64,000 nucleotides of DNA from a virus (lineage: Duplodnaviria > Heunggongvirae > Uroviricota > Caudoviricetes): the IMG/VR virus record IMGVR_UViG_3300042892_001069, one strand, 5' to 3'. Positions 36,573 to 44,941 of this stretch are shown one piece after another; position 1 is the first letter of the stretch, and the number at the start of each line of letters is the position of its first letter. The translations under genes were made by a program, and so were the position numbers. A model generated the notes under the pieces. That model saw only the letters and a list, made by a program, of their open reading frames with translations, did not search any database and was not told where the DNA came from.

Positions 36573-37439
36573 TTAATTACGGCCACCGATAAGACTTCTC
36601 TTATCAACACCGCCTACTTCGCCTTTACCTTTTTTCTCAGCGCCGTGACCTGGTTCACTTTTCTTGAACGCTGTCTTGCCTGCGTTGGAATCTTTACGGT
36701 TATGGATCTTGCCTAGTCCGCTGGTTAAGTCTCCAGCTTTAGTACTAGCTAAACCACCTTCAGTGCCGCCCTTCTCTGTTGAGAATGACTTGGCAATGTT
36801 AGCACTTGTGCCACCCATTCTGTTTGGCTTGGCTACAGCTGAACGTGTGTTAACACCGTTGTCACCGTGCTTTGGAAGGCCAACTTTCTTTGTGTATTCA
36901 GCAATCATGCTTGGATCCATCTCTGGATTTTCCATTTCTAGGTCATCTCCGCCCATTGCGTCCATGTCATCTCCGCCCATTGCGTCCATGTCATCTCCGC
37001 CCATTTCGCCTTCTTCGTCAGCCATTAACTGTTCAAATTCAGCTTTTAATTCGTCTAATGCGTCTTCTAGGTCCATGACACGGTCTTCCATGTCGCCACC
37101 TTCTGCGTCATCTTCTTCGCTGGCAAACGGATCTTCTTCGCTGTCTGCGTCCATGTCATCTTCTTCGCCTTCTGCGTCATCGGCTTCTGCGTCATCTTCA
37201 GAATCATCAGCACCAAATGGATTTGCTTCTGTATCTTCTTCGTCATCCATTGACTCATCTTTTTGGTCTTTGTCATCTTCATCATCACCGTCGGCTTCCA
37301 TGAAGTCACTTTCTAAAAGTTCTTCATAGATTTCGCGTGATTTTGCTACTACGATGTTGTGGAAAATTTCTTTTGCTGTTTCTTGATCTTCGTTGATCAA
37401 TGCCTCTAGCATGGCTTCAAATTGGGTACGGTCAGTCAT
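36573..37439 (-). CDS. Highly acidic prohead core/scaffold-associated protein
   Basis: Asp/Glu-rich centre and basic C-terminus; lies between portal and protease; TAAATA at 37482-37487. Confidence 0.6.
   Translation of the reverse strand: MTDRTQFEAMLEALINEDQETAKEIFHNIVVAKSREIYEELLESDFMEADGDDEDDKDQKDESMDDEEDTEANPFGADDSEDDAEADDAEGEEDDMDADSEEDPFASEEDDAEGGDMEDRVMDLEDALDELKAEFEQLMADEEGEMGGDDMDAMGGDDMDAMGGDDLEMENPEMDPSMIAEYTKKVGLPKHGDNGVNTRSAVAKPNRMGGTSANIAKSFSTEKGGTEGGLASTKAGDLTSGLGKIHNRKDSNAGKTAFKKSEPGHGAEKKGKGEVGGVDKRSLIGGRN
36942..37005. repeat. 24-bp tandem repeat (about 2.7 copies) encoding MGGDDMDA
   Basis: gtcatctccgcccattgcgtccat twice, plus a partial third copy. Confidence 0.9.
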
Positions 37440-37552
37440 TGTTAGATCTCCTGTGAATGATGGTTATACAAGGCTGTATTATATTTACACTTTAATTACA
37501 AAAGCGGTACGATATAGCCTAAAAACGACTAGTTTTTATTAAATCGAGTTAT

Positions 37553-37789
37553 TTATGCCGCCGGTGCCGGCGTTGCATACATTGTATTAATAAAACTTAA
37601 TTCTGTTTCTTGTTCTAGGATGTGTGCTTCGCTTGATTTGCGAAGTTGGTTGATTTGACGTAGTGTCAATCTAGTTTTGCGAGTATCACTTCTCTTAACT
37701 ACACCTGAGTCGCGTTTAGGATCATACCGCATGTCGTTAGCAGTATGTCGAGTATCAGGGTCAATATAAAATAATTCTCTAAGGATCAT
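37553..37789 (-). CDS. Small head-module protein
   Basis: 78 aa, RKTRLTLRQINQLRK. TAAATA at 37794-37799 overlaps the portal stop codon only a few nt from this ATG. Confidence 0.6.
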   Translation of the reverse strand: MILRELFYIDPDTRHTANDMRYDPKRDSGVVKRSDTRKTRLTLRQINQLRKSSEAHILEQETELSFINTMYATPAPAA

Positions 37790-37796
37790 GATGTAT

Positions 37797-39542
37797 TTAT
37801 GCGGCAGGTGGTGTAGCTGGACCTGGAGCCACTGCTGGAGCCATTCCGCCAGCGGCGGCTGCTCCGTCTATGTCACCTTCCATACCGTCAGGTGCTGTTA
37901 AATCGCCCGACATACCTAAGTCGCCTTCAATACCTGCGGCACTAAGACCTGCTGAACGTAATTCACCTGCTGCATCAGTGTATGTTGGTTGTCCTTTGCC
38001 ACTCTCTTCGCCCCACATGCGTTCGTTTTCTGCTACTTCTTCGTCTGTTAGACCTAAGAAACGCTTTAACGCAAAGCGTTTTGACATGTAAGGCACTGCT
38101 TGAATGGTGTTAAATGTGTTAATACGTTCACCGTCAAGCGCACTTTGACGTGTACTTGCGAAGTTTAAAGGCGGATTAAACTTCAATTCAAACAAACTTG
38201 AATCAATGTTTAGACCTTTGGCGCTCATATACATTTTAAATTCTTCGTCAAACACTGATGTTACAAGACTTTGTAAGCGTTCACAGTACTTGTTAAAGCG
38301 TAGTTCTTGAATATAAGCTGTACCAACGCGACCGTCATTGTAACTTGCTTGACTATCATCTGCGCCTGTTGGCAAATAGCTTGATGGGATGCGTAAACCG
38401 CGGAATAACTTGTTGGTAAAGTACTTTAAGTCATCAATCTCACCTAAATTAGTTCCGCCAGGTAATGTTTCTACTTTACTACCACGACCTTCTGCTGTTT
38501 GCGGAAAGAAATAGTCCTCGTTGATACTTAAAGGGTTATATGCTGAGTCAATAACGTTTTGTCCGCCACCTGTTTGGCTTGGAATACGTCTTTGATGTAT
38601 TTCATTTTTAACACGTTCTACAAATGCCATGGCTAAATGGCTTGGCATATTACCTACATCAATATGGAATACACGTCTTTCTGGAGCACGTTGTATACGA
38701 TATATTAAAATAGCATCTTCTAATAGTTCTTTTTGTTTGTAAACTTTAAAGATATTCTCTAATAAACTATTGCCAAACGGAAAGTTGTTGTCTAACCCTT
38801 CGCTTAAACTTAAATGTACAATGTGCTCAGCATCAATTGCGTGTTCTGTTTCAGTTGTACCAAAGCGACTTCCGCTTGAGCTACTAGGATATGGTCCTGA
38901 ACTACCTTTTTGTGCGCCTTGTTGTCCAAGATAACCTGCTCCGCTAGTAATGCCGCCGCCTGATTGACGTGGATTGATATTAGGAGTGATTTGTGTAGCA
39001 ACTAAATTTTCAAAGTTAGGTGCTAGATCTTTAATAACATATTGCTCAGGACTTTTACCATTACTTTCGTTTACAATGATTTTAACAATTTTACTTGGAT
39101 CAACGTAAGACCATTTTTGCGTTTCTGGGTCACGAATAAAGAAAGCATCGCCATATTTGAATGTGTTCCGCATAATACGGAAGATGCGTGTGTCAAAGAG
39201 TTGTATTTTAGTCCACTGTTGCATGTATTCAGCTAGAATACGTATTTCAGCGTTGGTAGCACGATGTCTCCAAGTGACACTAAATGGAGTTTTACCGTCT
39301 TTTAATTTTTGTGTACAAAATTCAGCTAGAATATCTAATGCCGCGTTGACTTCCGGATCACTATCCATTACTTCGTACTGCTGATAGCGTTCAATACGAT
39401 TGGGACTACCTGAGTAAACATCGGGAAGATAGCTACTGTAGTTTGATTTAGCAGGTCCAGCTTTGCTGTTATTTTCAGAACCAGAGATTGGACTTAAAGA
39501 AGACCCCACTGGTACTGGCGTAAAATACTTTTTCCAACTCAT
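37797..39542 (-). CDS. gp20: Portal protein (gp20-like)
   Basis: LLEDAILIYRIQRAPERRVFHIDVGNMP, EDYFFP..EGRGSKVETLPGG, YF.NKL..GLRIP.S, ELRF.KY..RLQ. Confidence 0.96.
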   Translation of the reverse strand: MSWKKYFTPVPVGSSLSPISGSENNSKAGPAKSNYSSYLPDVYSGSPNRIERYQQYEVMDSDPEVNAALDILAEFCTQKLKDGKTPFSVTWRHRATNAEIRILAEYMQQWTKIQLFDTRIFRIMRNTFKYGDAFFIRDPETQKWSYVDPSKIVKIIVNESNGKSPEQYVIKDLAPNFENLVATQITPNINPRQSGGGITSGAGYLGQQGAQKGSSGPYPSSSSGSRFGTTETEHAIDAEHIVHLSLSEGLDNNFPFGNSLLENIFKVYKQKELLEDAILIYRIQRAPERRVFHIDVGNMPSHLAMAFVERVKNEIHQRRIPSQTGGGQNVIDSAYNPLSINEDYFFPQTAEGRGSKVETLPGGTNLGEIDDLKYFTNKLFRGLRIPSSYLPTGADDSQASYNDGRVGTAYIQELRFNKYCERLQSLVTSVFDEEFKMYMSAKGLNIDSSLFELKFNPPLNFASTRQSALDGERINTFNTIQAVPYMSKRFALKRFLGLTDEEVAENERMWGEESGKGQPTYTDAAGELRSAGLSAAGIEGDLGMSGDLTAPDGMEGDIDGAAAAGGMAPAVAPGPATPPAA

Positions 39543-39553
39543 TCATTTATCCT

Positions 39554-41884
39554 TTAGCCAAATCTATTGCCATTTAACCCGTCAATGCCACCTGCTGTCT
39601 TTTCAGCGTGACCTGCGGTTCGAACAAGCGCATCAAGACTTTGTGCTGTTAGCTTATTTAAGTTATTTAAAGCATTTAGTACGTCACTATTGAATGAATC
39701 TGTAGCTACTGGTGGAGCAATATTAGTTGGTTCTTCAGCGGTTACTGGTGTTGCTACTGCTGATTCAGGAGGTTTGGACGATTGCGCCATAGAGGATGTA
39801 GCATTTTTTAAGTTACTAATCATATCTCTGGATGCTGATGCCGCTGAATTGTCGGCCGGTGGTATCATAGACTTAGCCATATTGGCTAACTGTCCCGGAT
39901 CAGGCTGTTTAATATTACCAATCATGCTGGTAAGTTTCTTATCATCAAAGCCGCTTGGCATCTTCATATTGCTAAACGTACTAGACATCTGCTTTTGCAT
40001 ATCGCCCATCATTGGAGTCATTTGCTTCTGCATGTTTTCCATCATTGGAGTCATTTGCTTCTGCATGTTTTCCATCATAGGTGTCATTTGCTTCTGCATG
40101 TCCCCAAACATCTTACTTGGATCCATTCCTCCAGTTAATGATTTAACATCAATAGCTGGCGGTTTTAATCCGGCCATCATTTTATCTAGGCCTGCTTCTC
40201 CGCCAATGGCATCATATTTTTTAGCCTTTGACGGATCTAATACGTTTTCACCCTTAGAAATATTAACAGTAGCATCTTTTGGTTCAAATCTTGAATCAAT
40301 TTCACCCTCAGTTCCAGTATGACGTTTTGGATATAAGTTTGGAACCCTTGGTGTATTTTCAGTTTGTTGTTGCCCTAATGGTTTTTGACCTGTAGCAGGG
40401 TTGCCTGCTATTTCCCCAGAGGTGTATCTGCCGCCACCAATTTTTCCAGTTACTTCATTTAACTTGCCGGCAAAGTTATCTAACCCTTTGATAACTCTTC
40501 TAATACCCTCAACTTCGAGATTAATCATTTCATCACGAACTCGAGTATTTGCTTGATTGCCTGCAGCTAATGCTTCATCACCGGCTCGTCTGTTGCCATT
40601 AGCATCAACGCCTGCCATAGCTCTATTTGTTTGTTCTTTACTGTATGCCGCCACTTGTTGTGGGTCGCCTGACATGCCTTGTCGTTGAAGATCGATAGAT
40701 TGTGCTTTTTCTTTTTGTAAGTTTGGCATTCTTTCTTTCATTAGTTCTAACATTGCTCCGTTAGTACCAGTTTGCCCACCTCGGCGTTCAACTTCTGCCA
40801 TCTGTGTAAATTCTTTTGAACGCATTAAAGTGTTGACTTCAATCTTTGCCGCTTCAAGACGCATTTCTGCTGCCTTTTTCTCTTCTGGTGATCCGCCACG
40901 CTCGGACACTGCTTTTAGATTTCTAACAGCATCACTAAATTCAACACCCTGTGACCCTAGAGCACCTTGAGTCATAACTGCTTTGTCGCCAGTTACTCCC
41001 ATATCAGACGATGCTTCAAGGGCAAGATTCTGTAATGCCGGACCAAGCCCAACCAACTGCGGCATAAGATCACTCAGTGCTTCATTTTGTTTTTCATCAC
41101 CTTCTAAACGCATTAATTGCATTTGAAGACTTTCGTTCATAGCACGATTTTGTTTGTTAATTACATCTGTACTTAAACCTGTTTCTTGACTTTGACGAAT
41201 AGTGTTTTCCGTCATTTTCTCAAGAGATTTTATTGCAGCATCTTTTGCTTTTTTATCATTTAAATCTATATTACCGTTTTGAGTAATCCAAGTATTAGTA
41301 TAGGTAGCAAGCTGGTCCGATGATAAGCCAAATGTTGATTGTAGCTGTTTAGCAACGTCTGTCTTTTTAAACTCGTCTTGAAAGCTGGTTAACTTCTTCA
41401 TAGCTTCGCCACTTTGTCCAGCTAGACCAAGTGTGTTTTTAGCCATGTCCTCTTGCTGTTTTGCAAACTGCTCTTGTGATAATCCACTTCGAGCACGAGT
41501 TTTTTCCATGTCTAGCAAGCCGCCAGTGAACGCAGTACCAGCGTTCAATTGCTTTTGATAACTGTCAACTGATCCTGTTACAACTTTATCCACAGCTCCA
41601 AATGCTGCCACTGCGCTGTTTGCGCCAATTGGTAGTTTACCTAGTGCCGCGCCAACTAACCCAACAGCACCAGCGGTAGCTGAGCTTGTACTACCAAGTT
41701 TGCTAACCCCTTCAATTCCGGAAGCAAGGGCTTTATCCAAGCCGGCTATAAACCCAAAGTTCATGCCCGAGGGTGAAGCAGAAGGAGTGGGAGAAGATGA
41801 AGTAGATCCACCTTTTCCGCCTATTGCTTTAGCAATAGATTCTGAGAATTCGTCAACGGTCATATCAGCAACTTTTGTTACCAT
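39554..41884 (-). CDS. Probable tail tape-measure protein
   Basis: 776 aa, Ala/Gly/Gln/Met-rich and helical-looking, with 11-aa repeats. Divergent from a frameshifting chaperone-like gene. Confidence 0.6.
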   Translation of the reverse strand: MVTKVADMTVDEFSESIAKAIGGKGGSTSSSPTPSASPSGMNFGFIAGLDKALASGIEGVSKLGSTSSATAGAVGLVGAALGKLPIGANSAVAAFGAVDKVVTGSVDSYQKQLNAGTAFTGGLLDMEKTRARSGLSQEQFAKQQEDMAKNTLGLAGQSGEAMKKLTSFQDEFKKTDVAKQLQSTFGLSSDQLATYTNTWITQNGNIDLNDKKAKDAAIKSLEKMTENTIRQSQETGLSTDVINKQNRAMNESLQMQLMRLEGDEKQNEALSDLMPQLVGLGPALQNLALEASSDMGVTGDKAVMTQGALGSQGVEFSDAVRNLKAVSERGGSPEEKKAAEMRLEAAKIEVNTLMRSKEFTQMAEVERRGGQTGTNGAMLELMKERMPNLQKEKAQSIDLQRQGMSGDPQQVAAYSKEQTNRAMAGVDANGNRRAGDEALAAGNQANTRVRDEMINLEVEGIRRVIKGLDNFAGKLNEVTGKIGGGRYTSGEIAGNPATGQKPLGQQQTENTPRVPNLYPKRHTGTEGEIDSRFEPKDATVNISKGENVLDPSKAKKYDAIGGEAGLDKMMAGLKPPAIDVKSLTGGMDPSKMFGDMQKQMTPMMENMQKQMTPMMENMQKQMTPMMGDMQKQMSSTFSNMKMPSGFDDKKLTSMIGNIKQPDPGQLANMAKSMIPPADNSAASASRDMISNLKNATSSMAQSSKPPESAVATPVTAEEPTNIAPPVATDSFNSDVLNALNNLNKLTAQSLDALVRTAGHAEKTAGGIDGLNGNRFG
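39986..40111. repeat. 33-bp tandem repeat encoding MQKQMTPMM(E/G)(N/D), three copies plus a partial
   Basis: catcattggagtcatttgcttctgcatgttttc-type units. Confidence 0.9.
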
Positions 41885-41908
41885 TATATTTTCCTAAAAA
41901 TATGCGTA

Positions 41909-41932
41909 TATAAATACTATATGATATATTTA
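41909..41932. promoter_or_regulatory. Face-to-face late promoters: TATAAATA (+, 41909-41916) and TAAATA (-, 41927-41932)
   Basis: Both motifs lie in the 61-bp spacer between the divergent genes starting at 41884 (-) and 41946 (+). Confidence 0.7.
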
Positions 41933-41945
41933 TCCGGAGTCAAAT

Positions 41946-42773
41946 ATGGCCAATAATCCACTACAGAAGTTCTTTCGTCAACCTAAAATCTTTATTAATT
42001 TACCCAGTAAAGGTCAGTACAATAGTCCCGGAGAAATTACCGGGGATGTTACCAAGTTGCCAGTATACGGTATGAATGGTATGGACGAAATACTAATAAA
42101 AACTCCAGATGCTTTACTAACTGGTGAAAGTACTGTTAAAGTCATTGAAAGTTGTTGCCCGTCAATTACCAACGGATGGGCAGTTAGCAACTTAGATTTA
42201 GAATTAATATTAGCGGCCATACGCATTGCTACCTATACTAATTCTATTACTGTTGGACATACTTGTGAGCATTGTCAAACAGAAAATGAATATGATCTTG
42301 AACTTTCAAAAATCATTGATTACTATAATCATATTACTTTTGATAGTCGTGCTGTATTAAAAGATGTAGTTGTAAAATTAAGACCGTTGTGCTATAAAGA
42401 AGTTACAGAGTTTAGTCAACGTAATTTTGAATTACGACAAAAATTAGAATCAGCGGCTACTATTGAAGACAGTGTTGAAAAATCTAAAGAAATGTCAAGA
42501 TTATATGAAGCATACGGATCTTTACAAGTAGAAGTGTATTCAGCTAACATTACTGCTATTGAAGTAGGATCTACTATTGTTAATGAACGAGCATTTATTA
42601 ATGAGTGGTTAGTTAATACTGAAAAATCTACGTTTGATCAGATTAAAGTCCACATTGATAAAAATACACAACTATGGGAAACTCCTCCGCAACTAGCGCA
42701 GTGTCAAAGTTGTGGTAAAGAAAACACACTTCGTGTTGCGTTAGATCATTCATCTTTTTTCGCAACCGCCTAA
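41946..42773 (+). CDS. gp26: gp26-like baseplate hub/tail assembly chaperone
   Basis: LPSKG, M...DEILIKTPDALL.G, D...IL.AIRIAT, two CxxC motifs (CEHC, CQSC), and a C-terminal SFF. Confidence 0.75.
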   Translation: MANNPLQKFFRQPKIFINLPSKGQYNSPGEITGDVTKLPVYGMNGMDEILIKTPDALLTGESTVKVIESCCPSITNGWAVSNLDLELILAAIRIATYTNSITVGHTCEHCQTENEYDLELSKIIDYYNHITFDSRAVLKDVVVKLRPLCYKEVTEFSQRNFELRQKLESAATIEDSVEKSKEMSRLYEAYGSLQVEVYSANITAIEVGSTIVNERAFINEWLVNTEKSTFDQIKVHIDKNTQLWETPPQLAQCQSCGKENTLRVALDHSSFFATA

Positions 42774-42994
42774 CTAGATTATCCACCCAGGAAATTGAAG
42801 AGTATCTAGTTAGGCTTGATAAAGAAGCAATTAACTTTAAAGAAGAATTGTTTAGAATTAGTTGGTATATGCGAGGTGGCGTTAGTATTAATGATCTAAT
42901 GCATACCTACAGCTATGAAGACCGCACACTAATGTATAAAATTATTTCAGATAATATGGAATTGTCTAAAGTAATGCAACAGCCGTTTGTTTAA
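42755..42994 (+). CDS. -1 frameshift extension of the gp26-like gene (77 extra aa, gp51-like)
   Basis: In-frame slippery heptamer T TTT TTC (42755-42761). The -1 frame is open to TAA at 42992-42994 (RNRLTRLSTQEIEEYL...WYMRGGVSINDLM...QQPFV) with no ATG until codon 37. Confidence 0.75.
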   Translation, partial: FFRNRLTRLSTQEIEEYLVRLDKEAINFKEELFRISWYMRGGVSINDLMHTYSYEDRTLMYKIISDNMELSKVMQQPFV

Positions 42995-44001
42995 TTAATG
43001 CCTTTAAACATTGGATTACCTTTATAAGTTGAAGTACTAGGTACTTCTGATTTATAAGGTGATGTGTTTGTACTAGCCGGTGTTACTGGTTCGGCGGTTG
43101 ATGTTGCGTCTTTTTCTGCCGGGGCAGCAGTATCGCTTGCTGTGTCAGCCGGTTCTCCGGTAATTTTTTCTTTAGCTTTTGCTTTAGCTGAATTAAATAA
43201 ACCAGTAACACCATCGTATGTCATTTTTCCAATATTGTCCAGCGTGCCGCCAATGAACATATCAGACCAAAGTTCTCTAGCTTCTTTAGTATTTAATGAC
43301 GAGATAAGTGCTGCACGGGCAACTGCACTCATTGATCCCATATTGGCGCCAAGTTTTTGCGCAAATGAAGACCCACTACCTCTAAGCATTGCTCCCAGTG
43401 CAGTCCATCCAGATAAATGTTTTACTATAGAAAATATAGGTCCAAAAGCGGCAATTTGAAATACCAATGTTGATTTTAGATGAGCAACACCGGCGTCGTA
43501 TTTTTCTTTAGACATTCCGTTTTTTAATTGCTCATCAAAATATTCAATACCTTTGTTGTAGTCTTGAACCATATCATAAATTCCGTAGACTGATATAGCT
43601 TTGGCCACTAGTCCAGTAACTGGAATTTTACTTATTAAAGATGCTCCACTTGGAAGTACTGGTGGAACAGGAGGTGTTCCTGGTGGCGGTGCTCCTCGTC
43701 GAGCAAGTCTATCAGCATGAAACTGCTTAAGAACTTTGGCCATAAAGTTAGGATCTTTAGAATATATCTCTGCGGCACGTGGACCATATGTTGCTTCAAT
43801 TTGGGCAACTGTGGGCTGAGTTCCACGCAGTGTGTTACGGATAATCTGACTATTTTGTGACATCATACTAACTAGGTCTCTACGTGAACCAGTTTGTGCG
43901 ATATACTTAGCGCCGGAAGCAAGTCCTCTACCAGCCAGCTTTAACAGGTCAACAGCACCTTCTTGAACTGTATCCTCGCTAATTATGTCGTAAATCTTCA
44001 T
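42991..44001 (-). CDS. Late protein, candidate internal head (ejected) protein
   Basis: TAAATA at 44021-44026, GAGG RBS, N-terminus MKIYDIISE, hydrophobic/amphipathic segments. Confidence 0.5.
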   Translation of the reverse strand: MKIYDIISEDTVQEGAVDLLKLAGRGLASGAKYIAQTGSRRDLVSMMSQNSQIIRNTLRGTQPTVAQIEATYGPRAAEIYSKDPNFMAKVLKQFHADRLARRGAPPPGTPPVPPVLPSGASLISKIPVTGLVAKAISVYGIYDMVQDYNKGIEYFDEQLKNGMSKEKYDAGVAHLKSTLVFQIAAFGPIFSIVKHLSGWTALGAMLRGSGSSFAQKLGANMGSMSAVARAALISSLNTKEARELWSDMFIGGTLDNIGKMTYDGVTGLFNSAKAKAKEKITGEPADTASDTAAPAEKDATSTAEPVTPASTNTSPYKSEVPSTSTYKGNPMFKGIN

Positions 44002-44039
44002 TTGTATATCCTCTATGTGATATTTATCAACTGTATGAA

Positions 44040-44509
44040 GAAGAACTAACGTTCTTCTGTGTTATCGCTTGCGCTCTAACACCTATTGTTTCTTTTTTAT
44101 AAGAACTATTAAGTGCGAAGCACTGTAAATATTATCTAGATTGTTCAGTCACACTTTGCCCTGGCGGGCAAAAAATGAACATTATCTGAGTTGATCAGTT
44201 CACTTAACGTTACAGCATTACAGTGGCGGTTGTCCGGTACCACGAGCTGAGTCTTTATACAACGGCGGGTCTCAAAGCATACGTTAACATGCGATAAGCC
44301 GTGGGTATTTCTCCCTCTTTTAGCCTTGTTTAAAATTTCTCTTATAAATCAAACGGATTGTATGTAGGCATATTCCATCGTGGTCCTGTTAAGGATACTG
44401 ATTTACGTCTCTGCTGCCACTCAGAATACCCTGCCGTCACACATCAGAACGGATTCGGGGCACAAATTAGTCGCCGGTGCGGGCTTATTTGGCAGTTAAA
44501 CAGCCTGAA
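44040..44509 (-). ncRNA. Candidate large structured non-coding RNA (alternatively an origin-type DNA element)
   Basis: Largest ORF-free gap in the window; at least nine nested or tandem stems found by eye; begins right after the GIY-YIG stop codons. Confidence 0.6.
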
Positions 44510-44512
44510 TTA

Positions 44513-44938
44513 TTAGCCTTTGAGTATATGCGAACCATGTACACGAACAGCAATATGTCCGTTATAATAGTCATTACTTTCTAAAACTTTGCGGGAAAAT
44601 TGTTCTCTGGCCTCGATGTAAGAGCATTGCGCCTTGGATGTACAGTAATATAGGATTTCTCTACTGAAGTTTTCTTTGCCTAGTGTAGTTACGTCTTTGG
44701 TCAGCGCATCACTGGAGCCATAATACTCCATCCAATCGCTGTCAACTTTGCTACGAATTTTCTTCTTTTTCTTAGTTCCGTTCTTGAGCTTGACTACTTT
44801 ATAGGTAGTTTTTGCGAACTTGGCTAATTTTTTGCCTATATACTTTTTGCCAGAGATGTCGTTTGTTATCAAGTACACGAAACCTACACACTCTTCGGGA
44901 AGTGTTTCAACGATTTCATTTTGATAAGTCCATGACAT
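44513..44938 (-). CDS. Minimal stand-alone GIY-YIG (Seg-like) nuclease-domain protein
   Basis: GFVY-LITN..SGKK-YIG, YYGSS, Glu in YIEAREQF, YYN; Lys-rich insert; no C-terminal DNA-binding repeats. Confidence 0.8.
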   Translation of the reverse strand: MSWTYQNEIVETLPEECVGFVYLITNDISGKKYIGKKLAKFAKTTYKVVKLKNGTKKKKKIRSKVDSDWMEYYGSSDALTKDVTTLGKENFSREILYYCTSKAQCSYIEAREQFSRKVLESNDYYNGHIAVRVHGSHILKG

Positions 44939-44941
44939 GCA

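Noticed and set aside
36664-37329. 221-aa plus-strand Ser-rich ORF
   Set aside because: Antisense shadow of the acidic prohead protein.
39690-40322. 210-aa plus-strand ORF with repeats
   Set aside because: Antisense shadow of the tape-measure candidate and its 33-bp repeat.
44040-44509. Group I or II intron, RNase P RNA, tmRNA or tRNA identity for the non-coding gap
   Set aside because: I found no convincing group I P7 (R/S) elements, group II domain V, RNase P GAGGAAAGUCC core or tRNA-like ends, and the flanking genes look intact rather than split.
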